DNA of 64,000 nt from Parcubacteria group bacterium Greene0714_7 (GCA_007378985.1 VMHB01000002.1:27320-91319); one strand, 5' to 3'; shown: positions 48,465-58,989, counted from the stretch's first letter. Notes: generated from the sequence alone by a model not told the origin. Numbers and translations: made by a program.

Positions 48465-50156
48465 CTAGACAATCACATTCTCTACCCGCAATCTGAGCTC
48501 CTTCCTACCTGCAAAGTAAGAGCGTTCCACAGAGGCTTCAATGGTACAGACATCACCAACTGAAAGAAGACCGAGTTTCTCCTTAAATAGAGAGCGTGGA
48601 ACGAAAAAGACTATTGCATCCGCCTTGCGCCCTGAATCATCAGCGAGAGTAAGTCGGAGGTGATCCTTTGCTTTACCAAAATAATTAATTCCAACAATTG
48701 AAACATTGTGAAATCTAAAAAATGGCTTGGGATTCTCCATTCCGAAAGGACCAAGGGAACGGAGTGCATCGAACGCAACATCATTTACTTCGGCAAGGGT
48801 GAGCGAGCTTTCCACTATTCCTTTATTCCTGCCACCCGAATCTATCTCCTCACCCCCTCTTGCTGCAATTAGTTCAAGCGCTTGTTGAAGCTTTAATGGT
48901 AGGTCATGAATTTTTTCAGGCGAGACAGAAAAACCGCCCGCAAGTTCATGTCCGCCAAAATCCAAAAACGCATCTTTAGCTTCCACCATTAAAGAAACAA
49001 TGTTCACCGTGCCATTTGACCTGCATGAGCCTTTAATTAATCCTCCATCCATTCCCCACAAACACACTGTTCGTTGATACGTTTCAACAACACTCGTTGC
49101 AGCAATTCCTAAAAGTGACGGCCTCCACGACTGACTCCCCATCACAATCACGGAATCCGATGTAGGTGTCATTTCCATCCGCTTCTTTACATCTTTCGCC
49201 ACACGCATTCCTTCAATTTTTCGTTCCTGATTTAACTGCACCAACTCTTTGGCAATTTCGCGCGCTCGCGAATCTGATTCGGTTGTGAGAAGCTCGAAGG
49301 AAAGTTTTGGACTCTTCATGCGCGATGCCGCATTTATTTTTGGTGCGATAGAAAAAGCTATGTCGTCTTCCACAGCAGTCATGAGTGGTATTCGTTCAGC
49401 TTCAAGCAATGCCTTCAAACCCGGACGCCTGCCTTTTCTCAAAACCGTAAGTCCAAATTTTACGAGCGTTCTATTTTCTCCGGTTAGTGGAACCATGTCG
49501 GCAACTGTTGCAACAGCTACTAAATCCAAAAGCCACTTTTCTTGCCCCACCTCTATCGTGTGGGGCACCTCGCCGAAGCCTTGGCGAAGGCGGGCAAGAA
49601 TCCCCTCAACAAGTTTGAATGCAACTCCCGTGCCACAAAGTCCCTTGAATGGATACACGTCGTCTGCTTGGTGTGCATTGATAACTGCAAGTGCCGGTGG
49701 AAGTGTTGCCTGTGGAAGATGGTGGTCAGTGACAATTGTTTCAATTCCAACAGCGCTTGCATGAGCCACCTCTCTAACATCAGTGATTCCACAATCAACA
49801 GTGATGATGAGAGAGATTCCTTTTTCTTTCAGAGAATCAATGCCGGGAACATTCAAACCATATCCTTCGCTCCGCTCGGGTACATATGTTTCTATTTCAT
49901 ATCCAATGCGACGAAAAAAATCAAAGAGGAGTGCTCCTCCTGGAATACCATCGCAATCGTAGTCATGCCAAACACAAATCTTTTCTTTCTTTTTTATTGC
50001 GTCAAGAATGCGAGCTACCGCGACATCCATTCCCTTCAAAAGAAACGGGTCGTGACGGGCATCGTAGAGAGGATTCAAAAACAATTCTTTGTCTGTAATT
50101 TTCCTGTTCTCTAAAATTCGCTCGACTAATGGGTGCATTACACGAAATGGTAGCAT
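48465..50156 (-). CDS. recJ: Single-stranded-DNA-specific exonuclease RecJ
   Basis: DHH motifs (HDYDCDG, DCG, TDHH) and DHHA1 region. Confidence 0.9.
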   Translation of the reverse strand: MLPFRVMHPLVERILENRKITDKELFLNPLYDARHDPFLLKGMDVAVARILDAIKKKEKICVWHDYDCDGIPGGALLFDFFRRIGYEIETYVPERSEGYGLNVPGIDSLKEKGISLIITVDCGITDVREVAHASAVGIETIVTDHHLPQATLPPALAVINAHQADDVYPFKGLCGTGVAFKLVEGILARLRQGFGEVPHTIEVGQEKWLLDLVAVATVADMVPLTGENRTLVKFGLTVLRKGRRPGLKALLEAERIPLMTAVEDDIAFSIAPKINAASRMKSPKLSFELLTTESDSRAREIAKELVQLNQERKIEGMRVAKDVKKRMEMTPTSDSVIVMGSQSWRPSLLGIAATSVVETYQRTVCLWGMDGGLIKGSCRSNGTVNIVSLMVEAKDAFLDFGGHELAGGFSVSPEKIHDLPLKLQQALELIAARGGEEIDSGGRNKGIVESSLTLAEVNDVAFDALRSLGPFGMENPKPFFRFHNVSIVGINYFGKAKDHLRLTLADDSGRKADAIVFFVPRSLFKEKLGLLSVGDVCTIEASVERSYFAGRKELRLRVENVIV

Positions 50157-50165
50157 TTCGTGAAG

Positions 50166-50256
50166 TGTTTAGGGATAAGTGTTTAGCGTTTAGGGAAATT
50201 CCGAAGCAAAATCATGAGCTGTTGCTCTATACGCTAAACCCTATACACTAAACGCT
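50166..50256. repeat. Divergent-region CCCTAA-like repeat copies (gtgtttagggataagtgtttagcgtttaggg / cgctaaaccctatacactaaacgct)
   Basis: The G-rich copy is adjacent to recJ (minus) and the C-rich copy ends at the HIT gene ATG. Confidence 0.7.
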
Positions 50257-50667
50257 ATGGAAAATTGTCTATTTTGTAAAATCGTTGCGAGAGAAATTCC
50301 TGCGGAAATTATATTTGAAAATGAGCACACGTTCGCATTTCTAGATATCCGCCCCAATAATGCAGGCCACACACTCGTGGTTCCAAAAACTCACTACAGA
50401 AACATGCTGGACATGCCGATCGGTGTTTGGCTGGAAGCAATGAAAACTGTGCACTATCTTGGACCTAAAATAAAAAACGCTGTCGGAGCGGGTGGGATTA
50501 ATCTTGGAATGAACAACGAACCCGCTGCACACCAGCTCGTCTTCCATGCACACATACACATCATTCCCCGCATTGAAGGCGACCCACACAAGCCATGGAT
50601 AGGAACTGAATACAAAGAAGGCGAAGCGGAAATTGTTGCGGAAAAAATAAGAAACTCTTTGAACTAA
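50257..50667 (+). CDS. HIT-family (histidine triad) hydrolase
   Basis: HAHIHIIPR histidine triad. Confidence 0.9.
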   Translation: MENCLFCKIVAREIPAEIIFENEHTFAFLDIRPNNAGHTLVVPKTHYRNMLDMPIGVWLEAMKTVHYLGPKIKNAVGAGGINLGMNNEPAAHQLVFHAHIHIIPRIEGDPHKPWIGTEYKEGEAEIVAEKIRNSLN

Positions 50668-51782
50668 GAATTTTTCTCAATCGCTTCAATCCCAGGCAGT
50701 GTTCCGTTTGCAAGAAAATCAAGCATCGCGCCACCTGCAGTTGAAACGAATGTAAATTTATCCATGAGTCCGAGATTCTGAATTGACGAAAGCGTATCTC
50801 CCCCACCAACAATAGATTTTGCTGATGACCCAGCAACGGCAGTGGCAAGTGCATCGGTTCCTGCGGTAAATCCTTTTTCAAAATTTCCCATGGGGCCATT
50901 CCAGAGTATTGAATGTGATGCATTAATAATAGGTTGAAGTGCTTGAACAGATGCGGGGGCAATATCTAAAATAACTTCATTCTTCCCAACCTCGCTGGCA
51001 AGGATGTCTCGTCGCCCATTTGGCCCATCTACTGTGACGAACTCCGGAAGAATTATTTTTGAATTACCAAGCATGGTCTTAGCGGTATCATTTTCCGACA
51101 CAAGAGACAATCCCACTTCGTATCCTTTTGCTTTGAAAAAATCATTGGCAATAGCCCCACCAACAAACACGGAGTCATATTTTTTAAGCAATGTCTCTAT
51201 TAATGCAACCTTCGTGGCAAGTTTCGCACCACCAACTATTGCAAGCGATGGGCTGTTAGGGGTGAGTGCGGGTGTAAGGCCTGCAACTTCATCGAGAAAC
51301 TGCAAACCTGCGTATGCTGGCAAAAGTTCTGCCACACCGACAACAGAAGCATGCGAACGATGCGATACGGGAAAATCATCATTTACAAAAATATCAGCGA
51401 GGGATGCAAGACTCTTGGCAAACGCGGGATCATTTGTTTTATCTCCAGCATTACGACGGAGATTTTCGAGAAGAACTATCTCCCCATCCTTGAGTGACCC
51501 CACGGCATCTTGCGCAATATTTCCCACAATATCATTAACAAAAGTAAGAGAAACTTTTTCTTTTAAATATTCATAAACCGGAAATAATGAACCAGCGGAG
51601 TCACTCATGTGACTTATAAGTACGATACGCGCACCTTTTGCAATAAGAAAATTAATTGTTCGGAGTGCTCTATCAATACGAATACCATCAGAAACTACGC
51701 CATTCACAATCGGAGCATTCAGAGATGCTCGGAGTAATACGCGCGCACCTTTTAAATCAGTACATTCTTCAATGGAACGCAT
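50664..51782 (-). CDS. pgk: Phosphoglycerate kinase
   Basis: N-terminal PGK motifs (ARIVLISHM) and C-terminal GGGDTLS-like region. Confidence 0.85.
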   Translation of the reverse strand: MRSIEECTDLKGARVLLRASLNAPIVNGVVSDGIRIDRALRTINFLIAKGARIVLISHMSDSAGSLFPVYEYLKEKVSLTFVNDIVGNIAQDAVGSLKDGEIVLLENLRRNAGDKTNDPAFAKSLASLADIFVNDDFPVSHRSHASVVGVAELLPAYAGLQFLDEVAGLTPALTPNSPSLAIVGGAKLATKVALIETLLKKYDSVFVGGAIANDFFKAKGYEVGLSLVSENDTAKTMLGNSKIILPEFVTVDGPNGRRDILASEVGKNEVILDIAPASVQALQPIINASHSILWNGPMGNFEKGFTAGTDALATAVAGSSAKSIVGGGDTLSSIQNLGLMDKFTFVSTAGGAMLDFLANGTLPGIEAIEKNS

Positions 51783-51793
51783 GCGAGTAATAA

Positions 51794-52546
51794 TTATTTT
51801 TGAAATGCGCGAACAATATTTGTAAATTCTTCAGCATTAACACTCGCACGTCCAGGAAGAAGTCCTTGTATGCCGGGAGTTGCTGCAAACAATACGGCAC
51901 TTTCTGCATTGACCGACCCTCCATAGATGATGCGCACCTTAAGTGCGCGCTCTCGTCCCCACATATCTGCGATGGTCTTGCGGATAAACATCACTGCCTC
52001 TGCAACAATACGAGGAGATGGAGCCTCCGTGGCACCAATCGCCCAGAGTGGATCATACGCTATCGTAAATTTCGAAGCGTCTACTGCATTAATGCGCGCG
52101 AGTGAAGACACTACATTGTTGGTTAAGTAGGTGAGATACGCACCTTCAGTGTCTCGCGTAGGCTCCCCAACACAAATAACGGGATGTAATTTTGCCTTAA
52201 TTGCAGTGGTCGCTTTCTTTGCAACAACGTCGTCGGTATCTCCCTCTCGACGTCGCTCAGCATGCCCAATAATCACATATTTAATTCCCGACGAAACGAG
52301 AGCCTTCGGTGAAGTCTGCCCCGTGTGAGCCCCGCCCTCTTCGAAAAAAACATCCTGAGTACCAAAGGCTATACGCTTTCCGCCGTAACTACTCTTCAAA
52401 AGTGGCGCGAGCGACACCTGAGGGCAAAGGGCCACTTCTACTTTCAGTCCACGTGGCAATTTTTTATCAATGTCCCGAATAAGCTTTTTCCCTTCCTGAG
52501 GGGTATTGATATATAACTTCCAATTACCAACGATTAGTTTTTTCAT
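51794..52546 (-). CDS. tpiA: Triosephosphate isomerase
   Basis: MKKLIVGNWKLY..., GHAERR. The start is set at MKKLIV rather than ORF-track 52573. Confidence 0.9.
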   Translation of the reverse strand: MKKLIVGNWKLYINTPQEGKKLIRDIDKKLPRGLKVEVALCPQVSLAPLLKSSYGGKRIAFGTQDVFFEEGGAHTGQTSPKALVSSGIKYVIIGHAERRREGDTDDVVAKKATTAIKAKLHPVICVGEPTRDTEGAYLTYLTNNVVSSLARINAVDASKFTIAYDPLWAIGATEAPSPRIVAEAVMFIRKTIADMWGRERALKVRIIYGGSVNAESAVLFAATPGIQGLLPGRASVNAEEFTNIVRAFQK

Positions 52547-52734
52547 ACAAAAAGTAGAGCTTCTCCCGTACATGTTCGAGCAAAGCGAGTTACATGTCCG
52601 AGGACCCCGTACACAGAGGCCACTATATATTCAATATATCGCATACCGTGTGTCGAACAAGACGGGACCTTACAAACACGACCGCCGATGACGGCGAGTG
52701 TTCTGGGGCAATTTCCAATAATGAGCTTTTTCAT

Positions 52735-52849
52735 CCCGTTAGAAATAGAATGCGAATGCCTGTGCCTCGCACCTACCTATATTAAAAATATTAAACATCG
52801 ACCTCAGCAGTCCATTTCTATCTGTTTCGCATTCGCAATTTCTAACGGG
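52735..52849. repeat. Long-range inverted repeat (cccgttagaaatagaatgcgaatgc ... gcattcgcaatttctaacggg) enclosing a 69-nt AT-rich loop
   Basis: Arms pair over 21 bp with one 4-nt bulge, within the 400-nt tpiA upstream gap. Confidence 0.6.
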
Positions 52850-52901
52850 ATTCATTGAGAAATCGTAACATGTTTGAGAAGGGTTTAGGAAAGAGCTTTG
52901 A

Positions 52902-52945
52902 ATTGGAATTTTCCCTAAACGCTAACCACTAAACCCTAACCCCCA
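52902..52945 (+). repeat. CCCTAA-like repeat copy (ccctaaacgctaaccactaaaccctaacccccactag)
   Basis: Motif family, located at the 3' end of the pilin-like gene. Confidence 0.7.
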
Positions 52946-52952
52946 CTAGTAG

Positions 52953-54134
52953 CTAGTCCTGCGTACGCCAATCAATAATACGAAATCCACTGGCTGTTGC
53001 TGGAGTGAATGGTGGTGGCAATTGTGCCAAGAGGGCATCGTGGACATCTGTCCGAGTGCTATAGCCCGAAATAAACGCGCCAGAGGATGTCCATTTTGTT
53101 TCAACGGTACCAGGCGATGAAAATGTACCGAAGGTATTTAGCGTGGAACGAAGTACATATGATTGCAGGTCGATAGGAACAGCGTGCGTACCTGAGGAAT
53201 CATAGCGATGTCGCCCAAAATGGCCAGTGCCTGCCACAAAAACACCATTCATCTGCAACACATCGGGTGATTGGAGTGAAATCAATACTGATCGCTCGGC
53301 AATTGCGGTCAACCCATCATCGTATGCATGCGCATAGGTAATATTTCCAGTAATAACAATGTCTGGCTTAATACTGGAGCTCGCCACATTTGCAGCGGCG
53401 AATGTAACCTTTCCAGATACGACCCCCTCAAGCCAAACAGAATCTTCTACAAATACAACGGGACATCCTGCAGGTATGGCGTAATTTATTGTGGCGCCAA
53501 TTGAAGCAATTATTGTGTTTTCTTCCTCCCAACCTTCATCATCTGAATATCCCATTATCTCAGTAACTGCAGTAACAGGACTTGCATCAAATGTTCCGTT
53601 CGACTTGAAAACAATTTTGTACCCATGCGCTCCACCAGATGTAGGAGCAAGATATACGCCCGATGCTTGCGCATATGTTTTTAAGTTTGTGAGGGTGGAG
53701 GTAACCACTGTGGAATCAGTCTTTGCTGGACTTGTTGATGCCGCCAACGTCTCCGTCCCATACTGAGCAATAAGTGTTTTTGTGTGTGATGCATTTTCCA
53801 GTGCCCATCCTGTTGAACGCACTGATGCGGATGTAAGTACTCCACAAGAAGTTATATCTGAAATAGCGAGAGAAAAATTCCCGACAGTATTTCCGTTTTC
53901 TGGATCCAAAACTGCATGGACATACGGCCCAGACAAACCCGTGCCATCTTGTACATCAGTAGGAAACTCTGAGAAGTGCCACCGATAGTACTCAATTCCC
54001 GCTTCAGAAATACCTAGTGCTTTGTCGGCCTCAGATCCAAAACGCTCTTTAGTACGCTCAAGTGTGAGCGCACTCATAAAGTCGGAGAGCAGGAAGAAAA
54101 AAACAGCAGAAGCGATAAGTACAAAAAGAGTCAT
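52953..54134 (-). CDS. Large pilin-like/pseudopilin-like protein with N-terminal hydrophobic segment (type IV pilus cluster)
   Basis: Start set at MTLFVLIASAVFFFLLSDF; the ORF-track N-terminal 31 aa are encoded by the intergenic two-hairpin repeat and are probably not coding. Gly/Ser/Thr-rich ectodomain. Confidence 0.5.
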   Translation of the reverse strand: MTLFVLIASAVFFFLLSDFMSALTLERTKERFGSEADKALGISEAGIEYYRWHFSEFPTDVQDGTGLSGPYVHAVLDPENGNTVGNFSLAISDITSCGVLTSASVRSTGWALENASHTKTLIAQYGTETLAASTSPAKTDSTVVTSTLTNLKTYAQASGVYLAPTSGGAHGYKIVFKSNGTFDASPVTAVTEIMGYSDDEGWEEENTIIASIGATINYAIPAGCPVVFVEDSVWLEGVVSGKVTFAAANVASSSIKPDIVITGNITYAHAYDDGLTAIAERSVLISLQSPDVLQMNGVFVAGTGHFGRHRYDSSGTHAVPIDLQSYVLRSTLNTFGTFSSPGTVETKWTSSGAFISGYSTRTDVHDALLAQLPPPFTPATASGFRIIDWRTQD

Positions 54135-54169
54135 AAACCCTCCCGCACTTCTTGCGCGTCTCCCTAAGT

Positions 54170-54196
54170 GATCCCTTCGGATCCGATGAAGCATCG
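54170..54196 (+). repeat. Two-hairpin UNCG element copy b (GATCC-CTTC-GGATC + CGATG-AAG-CATCG)
   Basis: Perfect stems with a C(UUCG)G tetraloop; followed by a CCCTAA-like motif (gacccctaaacgccataccct). Confidence 0.7.
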
Positions 54197-54226
54197 CCTG
54201 ACCCCTAAACGCCATACCCTGCTTCC

Positions 54227-54823
54227 TCATATCGCCTTAAGATTACGAAGTGTGGTGGTAGCGGTGAGTATGAACGGGGTGGTCATCCCCGGAGCAAGTA
54301 CATCAATAGAAACTAGTATGGATGCGACATCCTTCACTCGGTTCATATCAGTAACTTCAATGCCGTCCCGATCGTAATAGCGGAAAAGTGAAATGGAGTT
54401 AGCGCTGTTGTTCATGTATGTTGCCAAGGATTCACTCACTGGCGTACCACTATATGTTGGCGGAGTACCTGCGCTCACTTGGCTCCGAGAAAGTGTTGTT
54501 CCATTAATTTGATACTGAAAACGCGTCGCTCCAATGCTATTTGGAATATTACTAAAAAAAGTTAACGAGGAGGTGGACATAGAAACAATTGGATACGAGC
54601 CGTCATTGCCATATGCAACACTCCGCAAATCTGTCATTAGCGTAGTAAGAGCAGACCTAGCACTGCTGATTTGAGTTAGAGCACGAGTCCCTGTGTTATT
54701 TGTTTTGTAGAGCGCCAATACCGAATTTGACGCACTCACCACAATCAATGAAACAACCGCGAGGGTCACCAAAACCTCTATCAAACTCATTGCTCGTTTT
54801 GTGTTATTTTTATGGCGCAACAT
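54227..54823 (-). CDS. Type IV prepilin-like protein
   Basis: Leader ...KRA|MSLIEVLVTLAVVSLIV with Glu at +5 after the cleavage site. Confidence 0.65.
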   Translation of the reverse strand: MLRHKNNTKRAMSLIEVLVTLAVVSLIVVSASNSVLALYKTNNTGTRALTQISSARSALTTLMTDLRSVAYGNDGSYPIVSMSTSSLTFFSNIPNSIGATRFQYQINGTTLSRSQVSAGTPPTYSGTPVSESLATYMNNSANSISLFRYYDRDGIEVTDMNRVKDVASILVSIDVLAPGMTTPFILTATTTLRNLKAI

Positions 54824-55292
54824 AGGTAACCGCAGACATACTGTGTGAAAATCCACGTATATTCCAACTTGCCTCAACTTTTACTACCTTATAATCATTC
54901 TCGCCCACGCCATTCGCTTCATCATCCTTATATGTCACAACCGTTCGAAGTGTATACGGAATATTATTAACAAGTCGTGATTCAGTAGATACTAAAACTC
55001 CTGAAGGAGTACCGCTAACAGTCCCAACGCTCGCATACGGGAGTCCTCTCACATCCTCGATAGTGCTCGCAATAAGCGCACTCGCATTTGTGCGCGACGC
55101 AATACTTTGCACTAATGTAGCGGATGCCGCATATGCACCAAAAAACCCCAAAAAAATTATAAGCATCAAAGAGACAGCAACGACTACTTCGATAAGTGTC
55201 ATTCCCCGCAAAATGCGAGTAGGTAGAAAGTAGCTAGCAGAATGCAGACGAGCTCTTATAGATTCCTGCCTTCTGTATACTGCCTTCTGCAT
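54810..55292 (-). CDS. Type IV prepilin-like protein
   Basis: Class III signal ...ILRG|MTLIEVVVAVSLMLII. Confidence 0.7.
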   Translation of the reverse strand: MQKAVYRRQESIRARLHSASYFLPTRILRGMTLIEVVVAVSLMLIIFLGFFGAYAASATLVQSIASRTNASALIASTIEDVRGLPYASVGTVSGTPSGVLVSTESRLVNNIPYTLRTVVTYKDDEANGVGENDYKVVKVEASWNIRGFSHSMSAVTYVAP

Positions 55293-55297
55293 ACTTC

Positions 55298-56512
55298 TTA
55301 AATGTGACTCGACAGCGAGTAGATAGGAGCAATCATCGAAATCGCAAAAAAACCAACCATAGCGCCAATAATAACCATGAGAAATGGCTCAATAACCGTA
55401 GAGAGATCTTTTGTTTTTCGCTCAACCGATTCTTCATAAAATTCTGCGGTTTCCTTAAGAAGACTCGACAAGCGCCCTGTTTCTTCGCCCACAGCAACAA
55501 TCTCAGCAACCAATGGCGGAAAAAGAATAGGGTGTTTTGCAAAGGATAGTGAAAGTGGTGAACCCTCGGTAAGACTTTTCTCGGCTTCAGTAAGAACCTT
55601 TTTATACTGACTATTCTCGAGCACATCATGGGTAATCTTGACCGACAAAACCATATCGACTCCCGACGAAAACAATGAAGCAAGTGTGCGAGTAGTCCTG
55701 GCAACATTCACTTCAACGATCAGTCCACCAATGATAGGAACTTTTAAAAGAAACCAGTCTAAGAAAACTTTTCCCCGTGCTGATCGAATTGCTGAAAGTG
55801 ATACAAATACAAAAACCGCCAATAATACCAACGCAAGCGCTGTATTGTGAATTAAAAAATCACTTGCATTAATGATGAATTGCGTTGTTGGAGGAAGAGC
55901 TGCATGTAATTCTTTAAAAGTCCCTGACAGGGTCGGAACGACGTACAGCAACATCAATATGCCAATACATACCATTGCACTCAAAACAATGCTCGGGTAA
56001 ATAAGTGCGCTTTTAACTTTTTTCTGCAAATTGGAAGCTCGCTCCATTTGAATAGATGAGACTCGAAGCGACTCGGTCAATTTTCCTGACTCCTCTCCAG
56101 CGCGCACCATAGAAACCAAGAGTGATGTAAACACCTTAGGAAATGCAGAAAGAGCGGTTGAGAATGTCTCGCCCTTTTTCACACTGGTAATTATTTCAAT
56201 CAAAATTTCCTGCAAATGCACATTGCGTGTTTGCCTCTTTGCTATTTCAAGTGATCGAGAAATAGTTAAACCCGCATCAAGCATAGTGGCAAGATTACGC
56301 ACCAGCAGTACCTTTTCATCAAGAGAAATAGTGTGAAAAAATTCTAAAAAGAAATCGAGGGAAAATAAATTGTTCGCACGTACCTCTCGAAGTTCCAGCA
56401 CTCGGTCACCTCGGTCACGTATATCGTGATGAACTGCAAAACGATCATTCCCATCAATAATATCGGAATACGTTTCACCAGTCTGAGTGATTGCGGTAAC
56501 TTTAAATTTCAC
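55298..56512 (-). CDS. pilC: Type IV pilus/T2SS platform protein PilC/GspF family
   Basis: 404 aa with two GspF repeats and three TM segments. Confidence 0.85.
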   Translation of the reverse strand: MKFKVTAITQTGETYSDIIDGNDRFAVHHDIRDRGDRVLELREVRANNLFSLDFFLEFFHTISLDEKVLLVRNLATMLDAGLTISRSLEIAKRQTRNVHLQEILIEIITSVKKGETFSTALSAFPKVFTSLLVSMVRAGEESGKLTESLRVSSIQMERASNLQKKVKSALIYPSIVLSAMVCIGILMLLYVVPTLSGTFKELHAALPPTTQFIINASDFLIHNTALALVLLAVFVFVSLSAIRSARGKVFLDWFLLKVPIIGGLIVEVNVARTTRTLASLFSSGVDMVLSVKITHDVLENSQYKKVLTEAEKSLTEGSPLSLSFAKHPILFPPLVAEIVAVGEETGRLSSLLKETAEFYEESVERKTKDLSTVIEPFLMVIIGAMVGFFAISMIAPIYSLSSHI

Positions 56513-56576
56513 TTTTTCAGTATAACGTCAAAAAATAATTCCTAGCATGCTAATTGGTACACCATGTGTACCTAAG

Positions 56577-58313
56577 TTATTCAGATATAACTCGGAGAAC
56601 TTCCTCAATAGTTGTAACTCCGGTAACTGCCTTGAAAATACCATCCTCCACCATCGTAAGCATGCCTTCACGTTTTGCCTGCAGTTCAATCTCATCTGCT
56701 GAAACTCTTTTAAGAATAAGCTCTCGTATTTCATGCGTTACTGGCAATACCTCATGTATGCCAACACGCCCCATATATCCGTCGGGAGAGACACCGTTTT
56801 CTTTTGGCTTAAAAAACGGAATCTCCTTAATGGTTGCCTCTTTGGGAATATGTTTTTCTTCTTTCAAAGTTGCGAGCACTCGATCAATGTCTACTGCCGA
56901 TTTCAACTGAGCAATTTCCTCTTCAGAAAGAATATACTCAGTGCGGTCTGACGCTAAGCGACGAACAAGTCTCTGTCCAACAATGACACGGAGCGTTGAT
57001 ACGAGAAGGAATGGCTCGGCCTCCATGTCCATGAGCCGAGGAATAGTCGCTGCAGCTGAGTTAGTGTGCAAAGTTGAAAGAACGAGGTGTCCAGTGAGTG
57101 CTGCATTAATAGCGAGCGATGCTGTTTCAGTGTCGCGAATTTCTCCTACCATTATTATGTCGGGATCTTGACGCACCAACGAGCGCAAACCTGACGCAAA
57201 AGTAAACCCTATATCTGAGCGCACCTGTGTTTGGTTCACACGAGGCATTTGATATTCGATAGGATCTTCAATGGTAGAAATATTTACATCAGGAGTGTTT
57301 AGAATATCCAAAATCGTATAGAGAGTTGTCGTCTTTCCACTGCCAGTTGGTCCTGTCATTAAAATCATTCCTGTCGACTGCTTTGAAGCTGCGTGTATTC
57401 GCTCTAGTGCAACACCATGGAAACCTAATGATTCGAGAGTAAAACCTCCACCGCCTTCTCTAAGTAATCGCATCACAGTCTTTTCTCCAAAATACGTTGG
57501 CATCACCGATACACGCAAGGACACTCGCTCTTTATCTGCTTCCATTTTAAAACGCCCATCTTGCGGAAGACGTTTCTCATCAAGTTTTAAATTGGCCAAA
57601 ACCTTAATACGTGCCGTTACTCCTGCTGAAATATTTTTTGGCAATTCCATTGCGTCATGGAGTATCCCGTCAATGCGATAACGAACTAAAAGCATTTCTT
57701 CCAAAGGTTCAATGTGTATGTCGGATGCACCCTGAACAATTGCGTGTCGGAGGAGCGTATCAACCACCTTTATAACAGGCAGATCATCAGCAAGTTTTTT
57801 TAACCCAGCAGTATCTAAGGAGGGATTATCTTCTATTGAAAGTGACGCGCCTTGAATAATATTGCCAAACTCCTCCTTGAGAGATTTTTGGTACTGCAAC
57901 AGGGCGCTTTTCAGAGACGCTCCATCAGTAAGGCGAGGCAAAATCTTTAAGCCAATTTTCTTTTTTATGAAGTTAAGTGGCTCTAAGTCGCCGGTATAGA
58001 GCATGGCAACTTCCAACGCATCCGCAGTTTTTTTGTAAGCAATAACATTATGCTTGCGAGCGATAGGCTCAGGGATGAGTGAAAGAACTTCAAAATCTAT
58101 CTTCATGCCGGCAAGAGATATAAAAGGAATGCCAAGTATGTGTGCTTGCATACGGCGAAGCTCATCTTCACCAAGTACTCCTCCTGAAACGAGGGCATCA
58201 CTCAAAGGTTGCCCTGTGTCTTTTGCATCTCGCTCTGCAGCTTCAAAATCTTTACGGGATACTAAACCAGAATCAATTATGAATGTTTTTAATTGTGCGT
58301 CAGGAACAATCAT
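56577..58313 (-). CDS. pilB: Type IV pilus assembly ATPase PilB/GspE family
   Basis: Walker A GPTGSGKTTTLYT, Asp/His boxes, and N-terminal GspE_N domain. The start is set at MIVPDAQ. Confidence 0.9.
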   Translation of the reverse strand: MIVPDAQLKTFIIDSGLVSRKDFEAAERDAKDTGQPLSDALVSGGVLGEDELRRMQAHILGIPFISLAGMKIDFEVLSLIPEPIARKHNVIAYKKTADALEVAMLYTGDLEPLNFIKKKIGLKILPRLTDGASLKSALLQYQKSLKEEFGNIIQGASLSIEDNPSLDTAGLKKLADDLPVIKVVDTLLRHAIVQGASDIHIEPLEEMLLVRYRIDGILHDAMELPKNISAGVTARIKVLANLKLDEKRLPQDGRFKMEADKERVSLRVSVMPTYFGEKTVMRLLREGGGGFTLESLGFHGVALERIHAASKQSTGMILMTGPTGSGKTTTLYTILDILNTPDVNISTIEDPIEYQMPRVNQTQVRSDIGFTFASGLRSLVRQDPDIIMVGEIRDTETASLAINAALTGHLVLSTLHTNSAAATIPRLMDMEAEPFLLVSTLRVIVGQRLVRRLASDRTEYILSEEEIAQLKSAVDIDRVLATLKEEKHIPKEATIKEIPFFKPKENGVSPDGYMGRVGIHEVLPVTHEIRELILKRVSADEIELQAKREGMLTMVEDGIFKAVTGVTTIEEVLRVISE

Positions 58314-58339
58314 TCTTTTATAAGAATAACATCGCGGAG

Positions 58340-58375
58340 CAGGGTTGAGCATTTAGTGAATAGGGTTTAGTGGAG
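58340..58375. repeat. CCCTAA-like repeat copy (G-rich orientation gcagggttgagcatttagtgaatagggtttagtgg) upstream of pilB
   Basis: Motif family. Confidence 0.6.
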
Positions 58376-58626
58376 GAAAATTGAACTGCTTCAATTTTCC
58401 TCCGATCCCGTTTCGGGAACCGCCGATGTTGAGCTGAAGCGAGACAGGCGGTAGGAGGGCGAAATATTAAAAATAAAATTAAAAATAAAATATCAAGAAG
58501 AAAAATTAAAGATAACGCAAAAAAATACCAAAAAGTGGCACTAAAAAATGCCTAAGGGGGAGTACTTGACAGAGTGATTTAAGTGTAGTACCCTGCGCGA
58601 ATTAGAAATACAAAGAAATTATATAT

Positions 58627-58968
58627 ATGACTGACATTACTGTTGGTGAAGGATTCAGATTCGAAAGACCGCAAGTTGCGCGCACCGTACGAAGAACAAA
58701 TCCCGAACGAAATTTACACACAGGAGACATTCCTACACTTACACACCTTCCATCTACGCTTGGAAGTAAAGCTCCTGAAGCTCAGAATGTTTCATTGGTG
58801 CCATACCTCGGAGATATTATTGGAGCAAATGCAGAGCTGTTGAGAGATGGATTTGATGGGATTGTAACCCACAAAGAAGTTATTGCATTCGATGTTGCAG
58901 CTTGGTTTTCACTGACCTGGGCTGGAAAACTTTGGCGGATAGTTACCCGACCTCGAGACCGTTATTAG
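58627..58968 (+). CDS. Hypothetical protein
   Basis: 113-aa ORF with its own AT-rich upstream region and a downstream terminator. No family recognised. Confidence 0.45.
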   Translation: MTDITVGEGFRFERPQVARTVRRTNPERNLHTGDIPTLTHLPSTLGSKAPEAQNVSLVPYLGDIIGANAELLRDGFDGIVTHKEVIAFDVAAWFSLTWAGKLWRIVTRPRDRY

Positions 58969-58989
58969 AGATCTTTGGCTCTTTTACAT

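Noticed and set aside
52953-54230. Full-length 425-aa ORF start at 54230 for the pilin-like protein
   Set aside because: The first 31 codons are encoded by the intergenic two-hairpin/CCCTAA repeat that recurs elsewhere in non-coding DNA, so the start was moved to the Met preceding the hydrophobic segment at 54134.
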